From Spironucleus salmonicida (taxonomy: Eukaryota), in NCBI RefSeq assembly GCF_000497125.1, contig NC_090601.1:496001-560000 (forward strand): a DNA stretch of 64,000 bases. Direction: 5' to 3'. The notes under the pieces were generated by a model. It was not told the origin of the DNA. It saw nothing but the letters and a program-made list of their open reading frames with translations, and searched no databases. Of the stretch, positions 1 to 14,005 are shown in pieces (the first letter of the stretch is position 1; every line of letters starts with the position of its first letter). A program made the translations under genes and the position numbers.

Positions 1-179
1 ACGCCTTCTGACACGTCTTTCGTTTCAAACTTATCCAGCTTGAAATTCTCCTGGTTGTACATGGGCATGCAGCTAACATTGTCAAGAAACTTGTCCACAC
101 CAACCTTTGGCGTGTAGATCGCATACACACCGCTGAACCTAGAATTTGTAACCTAGAGAGCAATAAAATTTACTATTAT
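1..179 (-). CDS. 5' part of a hypothetical protein running off the window start; start codon uncertain
   Basis: TGA-free frame IIVNFIALQVTNSRFSGVYAIYTPKVGVDKFLDNVSCMPMYNQENFKLDKFETKDVSEG. No ATG at the hydrophobic N-terminus (ATA at 179); first in-frame ATG is at 68. Confidence 0.35.
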
Positions 180-223
180 TTAAAATTTAACTTGTATTAT
201 AAGCAAATAATTAAAATAAATGA

Positions 224-1702
<1,479 letters not shown>

Positions 1703-2018
1703 TAGGTCAATGGAAAGATAATTTGAAGTTATATTTTTATTATTATACATAAATTAAAATATTATTTACAATCAATAACTTTTAAGAATCAGTTTTAACT
1801 CTCTGGTTTTAGAAAAAATCATATAGTCTTAATAATTTTTTAGAATATATTGTTAAACAATCGTTTCTATGTTTAATTTTATTGTATTTTATTAAAATTG
1901 CCCTGTTATATGAAAATATGCGTTATTATATAATTATTGTAATATATTTAATGAATATATTTAGATAAAGTTTGTATATTATATTGTTAATTATAACTAA
2001 TTGTCCATTCATTTTAAA

Positions 2019-2891
2019 ATGACTAAATAATTTGAAGATGTTGATTGGAATAGTGAAGTGCTAGATGAAAGTAAGATTAACTTTATCAAGATTTCTCCTA
2101 AAATTGAGATCAGATATTATCGCTCTTTTCTTCATTCAGAAAATACTCCAACTATATTATTTGTGCATGGATTTGGTTTGTTTATGGATTCATATGCACC
2201 ATTCATTCTAGCATTAAATAAATATTTTAACGTTATCGCTCTTGATAACCCAGGACATGGATATTCATCAGAATTAGCAAACTATTCTTTAGATTTTATT
2301 TTACATGCTATCTAATCATTTATTTCTCATTAACGCTTAACAGATTTCCATATAGTTGGGCACTCCTTAGGAGGATATCTGGCAATTTGTCTCAGATCTC
2401 TCTACCCAGGTAACTGTCTTGTAGCAATAACACCAGCTGGTATTGAGGTAGTAACTTCACCATTAATAAAGTTGGCTAAAAATAAGACATTAAACAAAGT
2501 ACTGAGGGGATGTTGGAAATCTACATTCAAGGCTATTCTTTCTAAAACAAGCCAACTTTTGGAGTTTTAATTGCCAAAATAACAAGAGTATGATGATATC
2601 TGGTACAGAAAGCACATAGACAAGCATAGAAAATACGTCAATTCTCAACTGATGTACCTTCGTGATTTTGAATTTAACGGTGGAGAGGAAGTTTTTCTTA
2701 ATATCAAAGACAGTAGAAATCTTTTTATTCTCTGCATTGACGATACATATATAGATAGTGCTAAGGTTGAAAAATTCGTGTGTGATAATTAGATAGGAGA
2801 AGTCACATGGTATGATGCGATTCATTAAATTACACAAGCGATTCCTCACTAGCTGGCACAGCGGGTCAAGAGTTTTATTTTGGAAAAGTGA
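2019..2891 (+). CDS. Alpha/beta-fold hydrolase (290 aa)
   Basis: LFVHGFG oxyanion motif, ALDNPGHGYS, GHSLGG nucleophile elbow. Single frame with TAR=Gln, ending AAG TGA. Confidence 0.9.
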
Positions 2892-3817
2892 ACCTATTTT
2901 CTTAATTTATATAAATTATTAATATTTTTAGGCCATCTAATAAAACTTAATTAAAAACAGTAAAAAACAAGTTCATCTTTATATAGTGATGATATTTATT
3001 TCATTCGTCTGACTACCATTAGCAAATCTCTTAATTTCTATTAAAAAAAGTAATAGAATAGCAAGAAAATGATAATTAATAATATAATAAACATCTGCTC
3101 CTAAATATAAGATAAATATATATACTTTGTTATGTAAATTACTTTAAAATATATTCTAGATTAATTTCAATATTTTAAAGCTGAAATTTGAAAAGATTAT
3201 TATCAAAGAAGCCTTATCGTTATTAACAGTATATAATGTATAATATATGCGAAGTTTAACGATATTTTATGTAAATTTGTAAAGAATAATATGTTTTTGT
3301 GTAAAAATTATATTTTTCTATAGATAACTTTTAGTAAGTAAAAAAGTAAATAATAGAATAATTCAAGATAAAAGATCTAAGTTCATTAACAACAACAGCA
3401 ACAACAAGATTCACACTAGGCGAACTTATTCCTTAAACATCAGAAATGAGCTAAGCACTCCAAGCGTGAACAACACCGTTATACATTGTTCGATAGAATT
3501 CTCACTGACTAAATCTTTGCTTTTTAATGCTAAATAGATGACGAGTAATTTTTAAGATATACTTTTTGCAAGTAACTAGTCTGTTTTCTACAATCACTCT
3601 AACATCCGATAACAAGACCTACTAAGGAAAATTAATATACTAATCTAAGTTGTGTGTATAAGTTATCTGTTCATGGACTATATATTCGTTCGGATGTACT
3701 ATACTATCCATTATTATTAAAAAATTAGTATATATTAATTGTAAATTATTAATGTAATATTATAAAATATATTTTAGTTTTTATACCTAAAATAAGTGTA
3801 AATTAAAATCTCCAAAG

Positions 3818-4486
3818 ATGATTGGCTGGAAGGCGGACCGCCACCGCGCGCCCTGGCCGAGCAAGGCGGACAGGTTCTTCTACAGCGGCGACTTCAAGTG
3901 GAGCACTCGTTATCTTACTACCGGGATCGTGGTGCTAGCAATCTCGGCGGCCCTGCTGGCTGTCTACGCGAAGCGGATCCCGTTCGCAAAATCGATACCG
4001 GTTATTTACGCACTATCACTCCTGCTGCAGTACTTCGGTAACGTCATCTGCCTGCTCGACGCCCTACACCTCCACCAGTCGTGCCTGGTGCACAGCTCCA
4101 AGCGCCAGGAGGCCCGCAGCCTGATCGTGATCGGCGTGCTCATCAACTGGCAGTTCCTGATGGTGATAACGCGGAAGGCCTTCTTCGCGCAGAAGCTGGG
4201 CCTGCTGCGCTTCGACCGCTCGGACGTGCTGCTGACGCTCTCGAACTGCCTCCCGCAGGCCTACCTGCTCTTCTCCGTGCGGCAGTACGAGGTCTTCGCG
4301 CGCTACGGGAAGTGTGCCTCCAACGCCGCGCTGGCCTCCTACCTCGCGGTGGCGGTGGTGGTGTACCGCGGCTTCCTGACGATCTGCCGCATGCTGGTGG
4401 GGGACAGGGTCGCCGGTGGCAGCGGGAACGCGGTGCAGGTGGAGTATGCGGGTGCTGCCGCGCTGGAGAAGGAGTTCCGGTGCTGA
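3818..4486 (+). CDS. GC-rich multi-pass transmembrane protein (222 aa)
   Basis: ATG directly after an AT-rich leader, strong G/C third-position bias, several hydrophobic segments, TGA stop. Confidence 0.7.
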   Translation: MIGWKADRHRAPWPSKADRFFYSGDFKWSTRYLTTGIVVLAISAALLAVYAKRIPFAKSIPVIYALSLLLQYFGNVICLLDALHLHQSCLVHSSKRQEARSLIVIGVLINWQFLMVITRKAFFAQKLGLLRFDRSDVLLTLSNCLPQAYLLFSVRQYEVFARYGKCASNAALASYLAVAVVVYRGFLTICRMLVGDRVAGGSGNAVQVEYAGAAALEKEFRC

Positions 4487-4491
4487 AAAAA

Positions 4492-4766
4492 TCACTTGCC
4501 GCGCCAGGCATCGACGGGGAGGTCCACCTCGAGCAGGCTGGTGGCCCGGGTGAGGTCGCTGCGGATGGATGTGCATACCAGTTGGACTCAAAGTCGAGCC
4601 GGTGCACCTCGCGGGCGTGCCTCAGGACGCGCCGGGAGTTGTCCCTGGTGAGGCCGTCTAGGACGCTGGATGTTAGAGTGATGCGAATATCGTTGTGCGG
4701 CTTCGGCCTGTGCGTGCCCAACGGCTACCGGACCTGTCCGGCGTAGGCGGAAGACCGCGCCACCAT
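4492..4766 (-). pseudogene. Frameshifted GC-rich small gene
   Basis: MVARSSAYAGQVRQPLGTHRPKPHNDIRITL...DFESNWYA, then a frame change near 4570 to IRSDLTGPTSLLEVDLPVDAWRGK-TGA (AAGTGA). Both parts show G/C third-position bias. Confidence 0.45.
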
Positions 4767-4932
4767 TTCTGGAGACTGCGGGATTTGGCGTATTAGGCTA
4801 TGCCGAACTGAATGTATACAGTTTTTTCAACAGCATATAAAGTATACCGCGAGGGAAACTGAGATGCCGTGTCAGCATACTTCTGGATATATTCCACATT
4901 CTGCCAAAACGAAAGAATAAAAACGAATAGCC

Positions 4933-5058
4933 TCACTCGCCGCAAAGGTGCTTGAAGAGCAGGTCCATGCTCGGGGGCTTGAGCCTGCAGTCAACCACGC
5001 CCTCCAGGCCCTTCAGCCTCTCGCTGCACTGCTGGTACTAGTCTAATGTATCCTTATC
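4933..5058 (-). pseudogene. Orphan 3' fragment of a GC-rich gene
   Basis: DKDTLDQYQQCSERLKGLEGVVDCRLKPPSMDLLFKHLCGE-TGA (GAGTGA). Upstream sequence turns abruptly AT-rich with no nearby start. Confidence 0.45.
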
Positions 5059-5381
5059 AAATTAAAAAATATCAATATTTTATCTCGTAAGTTGGTTATA
5101 AGTTTAACCTGTATTTATAATTTTACTGATTTTACTTAACATTTAAGTAAACAGTTTTTTCTCTTATTATTTTTATACAATGTATAAATATTATGATTTG
5201 TTTAATTATATATTTATAAATCATAATTGATATCATCGATACTAAATATATGGTTCAGATATAAATTACAGGTCACTACAATCTTCATACTCCTAGTTTC
5301 TAGTCAAGATATAAAAATACTCAAAAGAATTATTAATTATTGTCACTATTATAAATAATATATAATTAATTCCGTTAGATA

Positions 5382-5804
5382 TCACTCAAAATAAACTCCC
5401 ATACAGCAACCTTTACCCTTTAAACCACAACTCTCATAAAAATTCTTGACATCATTACCGCAATCTAAAATTACTTTATAACAACCTAGTCTCTTGGCTT
5501 CAGCAATTATATGTTGAACTAGCATTTTCCCTATTCCCTTCCTTCTGTATCTTGTATCAACAACCACCTCCTCAATGTGGCCAACTCTGCTACCACCATG
5601 TGTTAACTTTAGTTCGACTAAAAGTGTTGCTGCACCGATAATTTAGTTGTCAATTTCATATACAAAAATATTATGAAATGGGGATTTTAACGCGTCAAAA
5701 AAAGTATCAATGAATATCTACGATGGTTATGAAGTATTAGTAAGTTATGAATAAAGAGGGAGAAGCTGGGTAACATCTAAAGATGTTATAGTTCTGATAT
5801 TCAT
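5382..5804 (-). CDS. GNA1: Glucosamine-6-phosphate N-acetyltransferase (GNAT, 140 aa)
   Basis: IIGAATLLVELKLTHGGSRVGHIEEVVVDTRYRRKGIGK...LGCYKVILDC...FYESCGL matches the GNA1 signature. Confidence 0.9.
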
Positions 5805-6280
5805 TTTTTAAGATGAGAATCAATTTAATATGTATTAATATTATAAAATGAAAGAAATATACAAAACTATTAATAACCTTGTGAATGATATAATATTGAT
5901 TAGAAATTAAATATTTAGATTAATAATTATGATAAAGTAGTTAAATTGCTGAAAGAACTATAATAAGTTACAGTGCAACTGAGGTAAATATTGAATTTCA
6001 GGTATCATTACGATAGTTTAAACCAGCATGATTATTTAGACTGAAATTAATATTCGTGAATTGTATGATATAATTGAAAAAGATACAGTCATTTATTTTA
6101 CTAAGATATTATCATAAGTATTTTCATTTACAACTAAGATATAAATCACCTTAGGTAGTTTTGTTGCAAATTGAAAAAAGGAGATCGGCATATTCTAATT
6201 AATTTTAAATTTGCGAAAAAATATATTGCTATAGTATAATATCAAAGAAATATTTAATATATTATATTTAAAAAATGACT

Positions 6281-7522
6281 TCACTTCTAAAAATCAATAA
6301 TACCTCTCTATTGTTAATCAATTTGTTTAAGAAGCTTTGTTATCTATTCATTTTTCTTTCTCAACTCCACAATGTTATTTTGATGTATTTAAAACTACTG
6401 TTCGTCTTTTTATAATAATTCTTTTTAAAGGAGAGAAATTTAAGTTTAATAGTAATGTTCTTATGATTAAGGCTTATTTTAGTTCTACTTTTCATGTTCG
6501 GATAACTATTTTAAGTAAATGCTGTTTTATTATTTAAGCTCATAAATATTATTATTTTCGACATAAATTTAGAAGTTATTAAGTAATAGCTAGACTTCTT
6601 TTGTTGCAGGCTATGAAGGCTAAAAGAAATTCACAATCTCGATATCTCTTTAAAGTTGCCTGTGTGCCTCTTATTCTTACTTTAACTACTATACAATGAC
6701 GTTAAATTATTCATTATTAGCGTGATACATAGAAGGCAGAGGGATGCTGTCATTATTTATTAAACAACTTTATACACTCTCAGAAGCTATAGGTTATGCA
6801 GTTATTTCTTAAAGTTAAGAGACTTGTTATTAAGTGGTAATACCTATTTAGGAAACATCTTATATACTTTATTTTTATTGTTAAATTTATGAAGAAGATA
6901 CATACGATTATGCAGTAACATTAATATCTTATGGTTGTTAAATTTCAGCAATTTAACTAACAATTGGTATGTAGGCTTATTGTGAAGATGTGAGCACTAG
7001 AGGTGGCAAATTCGGCGTAGATTTAGCTATAAATTCATCAAAATCCTCTAACTAAGGTTAAAACTCAATAATAGGCTGCTATTATACCTGTTTAGGTTCT
7101 TCAAAAACATTTTCAACTGGTAAAGGAACTGAGACAGCTTCTTATTGAACTGGTTCTACCCATTCGTTGCCCCATTCTTCATCTTTAACTTCTTTTTAAA
7201 CATCAGGCTCTGCTACCGTTTATTGCGCTATCACTTCTTAAGCAAAAGGATCAAACTCAACTGCCTAGTTTTGCTGTTATTATACAACCTAATGCTCATT
7301 CTAATCATAAACTTATGTTTCATTATTTTAATTCTAATCCCATTGGTCATTTGTAGTAGCACCCCAAGAATCAGCAGCCTGGTCCCAATTATTATTTTAA
7401 TCAAAACTCTCCTGTTAGTTCTCAAAAGGATCTTATTCTTTATTTACCAATATATCTATTTCGTTATTCGGTTGAACTGGTTTTGTTGCCTCATTAAAAT
7501 TAAACATATCATCAAAGTCCAT
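6281..7522 (-). CDS. Hypothetical protein (413 aa): acidic low-complexity N-terminus with DPF and Trp motifs, coiled-coil-like C-terminus
   Basis: ATG 7522 (MDFDDMFNF) to AAG TGA 6281, TGA-free for 413 codons, Gln-rich through TAA/TAG. Confidence 0.8.
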
Positions 7523-7869
7523 TTGTGCAAAGATAAAGATTTAACTATTTTATAGATTTAGATAGAATGTTAGTTTTTATCAAATAATCAATATTTAAAA
7601 ATATATAAAATAATTTAAAATTATATATAATTAGTTAATTATAATTTTACAAAATATTAAATGAATTAAATAATATAATAAAATATTAATTTGTATTTCT
7701 ATTTAAGGAGATAATTAAATATTAAATATTTTAGAATATTTTTAAATAATTATCATACTAATAAATATGTAAATTAAATATAGATAATAATAGAACTCTT
7801 ACTTAGTTGCAATTATTCTATTTATTATATATAATATAATGCTAATTTATTAATATATGAACCCATTAA

Positions 7870-8349
7870 ATGAACAATATTTTGACCACTTACTTCGGCC
7901 CAGACTTCTTAAAAATTACTTAAAACCCGAAACTGCTCAAAAAATGCATCAACCACCCGCTTTTCCACTATTAAAATCTTTGTTCCTAGCTAAACATAGA
8001 CCAGAGCAAAACCGATCTTTTCAGCTTCTTAAACACTAAATTTACCCAGCAAATAAACTATAAGAAAATCAGATTCAATCTCTCAAAATTGAAATTGAAT
8101 TTCATTTTTCACTCGTCCTCAAACAATTCTGACAAATGTATTCAAATGGATTGCTCTGAATATTCTGCAATTTAAGGTGCTCTATCTGCAACCTTATCAA
8201 ATAGCATTTCTTCACTTAAACTCAGCATACCTGGAAACTGCAGCAATAGCAGTTTTTGTGAGTTTAGCAGTTTTGACAACAGCGAAAAAATGGAGGAGGG
8301 AGAGGTCGTACAGGGCTTCGACAAGCTATTCGAAGGAGATAATAGCTGA
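7870..8349 (+). CDS. Hypothetical protein (159 aa)
   Basis: taaATG context; MNNILTTYFGPDFLKITQNPK...GFDKLFEGDNS-TGA; longer than the competing frames read. Confidence 0.5.
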
Positions 8350-8848
8350 AAATTCAGGGTTTAATTTTATCTGATTTTATGACTAAAAGGTATAAATTAT
8401 GTATATAATTTTGAAAAAAGAGTTCTTAAAATTTGTGAGTTTACGAGAATATATAGGTGAGCAGCTAGTTTATTAATGATTTATATGTTTATGAATTTCG
8501 TTTAACTAAAATAGTTTTTAAATCTTAGATTGTAACTGAAAATCGAGTTGATTTTTCAAAGTAAAAATTGATTAATAGATTATTTAATAAAAGGTGTCTA
8601 GTGTTTTGTTGGGAATCAAGGCAATCTATTCTCTTTTACCACCAGTTTATTTAATAAGTTATTATTACGTTATTAATATTCAGAATTACAGAAAGTAAAA
8701 TTAAAATATTAATGTATTAACCTCTCTAATGAGATAGTCTATTGAGTAATTAGTTCTATTCAGATAAAGATAATTATCTGTTATCTAAGAATTAATAATT
8801 AAGACATCAAAAATTACAAATGATTCTTCTATCCATCCGATTATGCCT

Positions 8849-10445
8849 GACCTAGCCCGGAGCGTTATATACAATAATATATCCCTTCCAAAATGCAGCC
8901 GGCCATCCGCGATATCCCTTGCTTCATCTTCGACTTCGATGGTACCATCTTCGACTCTGACGAGGCACTGATAAAGCACGATACAATGTTTCTTTCCAAC
9001 TATGGCACGTTTACATTCGACAGAAGACAACACAGGGATTAAATTTGCGGATTCACAGCGCTGGACTACATGCATTTTCTCAAGCGTGAACTCCAGCTGG
9101 AACCACCAGTTGAGGCACTTTATGAAGAATTCACTCGTGCAGCTCTGGCTATTTACAATGATTGCACGGTAATTCACGGTGCCTTGAATCTATTAACTAC
9201 ACTGAAGGCACTTGGTAAGCGGGTTGGTATTGCGACAGCAAACTCAGCTGATGCAGTCAATCAGTTTTTGTCATCAAACACCCAATTTTCAAATCTGGTC
9301 GACGTGGTTGTGTCATGTGAGGAGGTTGAGGTCTGCAAGCCTAACCCAGAGGTATATATCCGATGTGCATAGAAACTAGGGTATGATATTTCTTGCTGTG
9401 TGATTCTAGAGGATTCTCTTGTTGGCCTTAGAGGAGCTCGAGCTAGTGGTGCAAAGGTTTATGGAGTGCTAGCGGAGCCAGACTACCAGCGGCAATAACT
9501 GTGCGACTGGTGGGGGTATGATCTTACCCAAGTCCTAGATTGATGCATGTATTATAATAAATCGTGGTATGAGCATTCGTGGATTAGTATTAAACATTTA
9601 ATGAAATATATTTACATAGTTGGAACAGTTTGTATCCTTAAATTGTTAGTAAGCTTACTTACTAATGGAATACTTTTCACAATAATAATACTGAGAATAT
9701 GTCCGTTGAAAAGGATTTATATCTACGCAAAAATAAGTTCTACGTTATTTTTAATACATTTATTGCTACCAAGCCTGGTAACAAAGTAATTTAGTAGTAT
9801 TTATCAATGCGATATAATGGATTGGTATCAGGTTGAGTTATTTATTCTATAAATTATTAGAATTTACTAATTTGTTTTAGTTTTTTCAAAAATTTAAAAT
9901 GAAGAAATAATAAGAATAAATTGCGCGCAAGTTATATTCTAAAGTCTAAATATATGAATAATGGATTGTATACACAAATTAATTGAAAAATACTCATAAT
10001 TTATTAGTGATAAGCTTGTTATTTTAATTTCATAAATCTATTTTTGCCCTCTTAGTAATAGGTTTTTTGGTATATTTATTTTATCTAAGCATGAACAATT
10101 CATTTATTTATATTTTTACTCCTTTTGCATTGTAATTTCAATAGTTAAAAAACTTCTATATAAATTAGTAATCAACGGAATGCAAAAATGCTGATGCAAA
10201 TGATTCTCATTTTATGTCACTAAAGCTTTAGTTTTCAATATCACTAGGGAGGTCAGTAGAAAATTTGAAATCATAGTTAATTTCACATTATTTAGAAACT
10301 AAGTCTACGCATATTGCCGCTTAGTCTATTTATTCCATTATTGAAATTTCATCAACTATTAAATCGTAAGCAGTGTTTCGTACTTGAATTTTCTTGTACT
10401 GATTTATAATGATCTCCATTTTTGGAAAGATAGATTATATTGTCA
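8849..10445 (+). repeat. Inverted duplication 1, left arm (about 1.6 kb)
   Basis: Reverse complement of 11311-12907 (paired coordinates sum to 21756). At least three substitutions seen. Confidence 0.95.
8893..9543 (+). CDS. HAD-superfamily hydrolase, class IA (beta-PGM/CbbY-like), copy 1 (216 aa)
   Basis: Motif I FIFDFDGTIFDS, motif II GIATANS, motif III KPNPEVY, motif IV ILEDSLVG. Confidence 0.92.
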
Positions 10446-10789
10446 CTAATATTAATCACTAGAACTAATATCTTAATCTTAAAGTTAAGATAAATAACTA
10501 ACAATTTTTTTAAATGCAGATCCATTAAATCGTCGAATTTGACGCTATTTTACCTAAATAATTAATTTTTATCCAATTTCAGTCGTCTTAATTAAATATT
10601 ATTCTCGTTTATCGATCACCAACGTTTTTTATAATTCTTTTGATAACTTAATATATACTGGAATTCTAACATAACTATCTATTCCGTATTTATCCATTAA
10701 CTTTTCCATATCAATTACTTTTTACTTCTTGTAAATAAATGAAGGGCGCTGGTACATAAAATACAGTTAGTAAAAAAATGGTTAGTATA

Positions 10790-11263
10790 TCATTACCTAC
10801 CAATAATCTTACCATCAAAACTTGGTAGAACTTAACAGCTACAGACTGGCTTAAGTCTGCGCTCAACAGATCTTTATCCGTTTCTTTTCACTTACATTGG
10901 AGAAATAGCCCGAATATAATTATTTTAAATTTCGTATCTTGGAAATAAATGTTCAATATCATATATTGGCTATTATGGAAGTTATTAACATGATAAACTA
11001 GCCTAATTCTATCTTTAATGGACTCTTTTCGTTTAGAGTCTAGAATGTTATTGTCTTTTATTATCATTGGTATATGATTCATCAATAATATGTATAGCTT
11101 CTGGTTTATTAAAAGATATTTTTGGTATATAAGTTTTCTTTTGATCTTCTGTTATTTCATAATCTAAAAACAAAGCTTAGGTTAATAAATACTTTCTATC
11201 CTAATTGAATGCTAATTCAAACTTATTTTCTTAAACATCATCGGCTTAGATTTTTTCTTTCAT
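10790..11263 (-). CDS. Hypothetical protein in the spacer of inverted duplication 1 (157 aa)
   Basis: aaaATG MKEKIQADDVQENKFELAF...SFDGKIIGRQ-TGA, TGA-free. Confidence 0.5.
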
Positions 11264-11310
11264 TTTAGCTATCATATACAATATACTTATAATTATATAG
11301 TCAAACATGA

Positions 11311-12907
11311 TGACAATATAATATATCTTTCCAAAAATGGAGATCATTATAAATCAGTACAAGAAAATTCAAGTACGAAACACTGCTTACGATTTAATAG
11401 TTGATGAAATTTCAATAATGGAATAAATAGACTAAGCGGCAATATGCGTAGACTTAGTTTCTAAATAATGTGAAATTAACTATGATTTCAAATTTTCTAC
11501 TGACCTCCCTAGTGATATTGAAAACTAAAGCTTTAGTGACATAAAATGAGAATCATTTGCATCAGCATTTTTGCATTCCGTTGATTACTAATTTATATAG
11601 AAGTTTTTTAACTATTGAAATTACAATGCAAAAGGAGTAAAAATATAAATAAATGAATTGTTCATGCTTAGATAAAATAAATATACCAAAAAACCTATTA
11701 CTAAGAGGGCAAAAATAGATTTATGAAATTAAAATAACAAGCTTATCACTAATAAATTATGAGTATTTTTCAATTAATTTGTGTATACAATCCATTATTC
11801 ATATATTTAGACTTTAGAATATAACTTGCGCGCAATTTATTCTTATTATTTCTTCATTTTAAATTTTTGAAAAAACTAAAACAAATTAGTAAATTCTAAT
11901 AATTTATAGAATAAATAACTCAACCTGATACCAATCCATTATATCGCATTGATAAATACTACTAAATTACTTTGTTACCAGGCTTGGTAGCAATAAATGT
12001 ATTAAAAATAACGTAGAACTTATTTTTGCGTAGATATAAATCCTTTTCAACGGACATATTCTCAGTATTATTATTGTGAAAAGTATTCCATTAGTAAGTA
12101 AGCTTACTAACAATTTAATGATACAAACTGTTCCAACTATGTAAATATATTTCATTAAATGTTTAATACTAATCCACGAATGCTCATACCACGATTTATT
12201 ATAATACATGCATCAATCTAGGACTTGGGTAAGATCATACCCCCACCAGTCGCACAGTTATTGCCGCTGGTAGTCTGGCTCCGCTAGCACTCCATAAACC
12301 TTTGCACCACTAGCTCGAGCTCCTCTAAGGCCAACAAGAGAATCCTCTAGAATCACACAGCAAGAAATATCATACCCTAGTTTCTATGCACATCGGATAT
12401 ATACCTCTGGGTTAGGCTTGCAGACCTCAACCTCCTCACATGACACAACCACGTCGACCAGATTTGAAAATTGGGTGTTTGATGACAAAAACTGATTGAC
12501 TGCATCAGCTGAGTTTGCTGTCGCAATACCAACCCGCTTACCAAGTTCCTTCAGTGTAGTTAATAGATTCAAGGCACCGTGAATTACCGTGCAATCATTG
12601 TAAATAGCCAGAGCTGCACGAGTGAATTCTTCATAAAGTGCCTCAACTGGTGGTTCCAGCTGGAGTTCACGCTTGAGAAAATGCATGTAGTCCAGCGCTG
12701 TGAATCCGCAAATTTAATCCCTGTGTTGTCTTCTGTCGAATGTAAACGTGCCATAGTTGGAAAGAAACATTGTATCGTGCTTTATCAGTGCCTCGTCAGA
12801 GTCGAAGATGGTACCATCGAAGTCGAAGATGAAGCAAGGGATATCGCGGATGGCCGGCTGCATTTTGGAAGGGATATATTATTGTATATAACGCTCCGGG
12901 CTAGGTC
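11311..12907 (-). repeat. Inverted duplication 1, right arm
   Basis: Reverse complement of 8849-10445. Confidence 0.95.
12213..12863 (-). CDS. HAD-superfamily hydrolase, copy 2 (216 aa)
   Basis: Mirror of 8893-9543; LKEL here versus LKAL in copy 1. Confidence 0.92.
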
Positions 12908-13291
12908 GGGTGTAGTAAGGCGTAGGGTGAAAACAGTATATATTTTAGAATGAATAGTCTTATACAATTTAATTTAAATATAAACATTCATATAAAAATT
13001 AAAACTTATAATTTGATTAGGTGAGTTGAAATATATTATATTTAAGAATTAATATGATCAGTAGATAGAAATAAGAAGCTTTTTTAAATAAATATCAGGT
13101 TTTATTATAAAATAATATTACCTGTATTTACAAAGTATTTACGTCTATATCAATATATTAATCAATATATAGCATTAAGTTAATATTATGAAAATTAAAA
13201 TAATAGTAATGATATAAATATATCTAGTATCAGTATATCAATTATTTATTAAAAACTAAAATCGTCGAGAACAGTAAATCTAAATTGGTTT

Positions 13292-14005
13292 ATGAATCAA
13301 TCATCTTCAATAATTTTCTCTAACTACATTTTACCGATAATACTATAATCAAATACTAAAAATTATTAAGCAGAAATTTTATTTGCGGCTAGTCTATAAT
13401 TATTTGGTTATTCTTAAATAAACGATGTTTAAAATTTATTAAAATCATGTTTATGTGATAATTAATCAGGAATAATCGTTCTATGTAAAAAATTTGACAT
13501 TTTATAGCCTTTATTTAGTTATTTTAGTGGTTTCACTATAGGTCTCATTTTTAGAATGAATAAAAACGATTATAGGTATTTGATTATTATAGGATAAAGT
13601 TTTAATGGATTATTTATAGAATTATTTAATTATAATTATAATATATTTATATCAAATTATAATAGATTTTCAGAATATAGTAAATATGAGATACAATATA
13701 ACTTTATATATAAATATTCTTGTATTTTTTACTTGTTTTAAAACATAGAAAATATCACCAATATAAATTATAATTCTTAATTGAACATTATCTTTAAAAT
13801 AAAAAATGAGAAAAAATATTTTACTCTTATAGAACTATGTAAGTTATCTTATTATACTTATAAATTTATACTAATTAAAACTAGCAAAATCCATTATATA
13901 TAGATTAGTTTTTTAATCACTCAAATGATTAAATTATTTATTAAAATCATTATCTAAGTGTGGCTCACTGTAAATTAAAAAAATATTAATAGCATTATAA
14001 TATGA
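13292..14005 (+). CDS. Possible hypothetical protein (237 aa), very AT-rich
   Basis: Long TGA-free frame with no recognisable motif; could be chance in a one-stop code. Confidence 0.25.

Noticed and set aside
3248-3700. Open frames including a short CAA-rich run
   Set aside because: Three alternative frames are about equally plausible; no gene call can be supported.
4064-4746. Several long overlapping ORFs in the GC island
   Set aside because: Expected shadow frames of GC-rich coding DNA; third-position bias supports 3818-4486 (+) and the minus-strand fragment only.
9547-9789. 80-aa track ORF (and its mirror 11967-12209)
   Set aside because: AT-rich sequence immediately downstream of the HAD gene; it recurs only because it is inside the duplicated arm.
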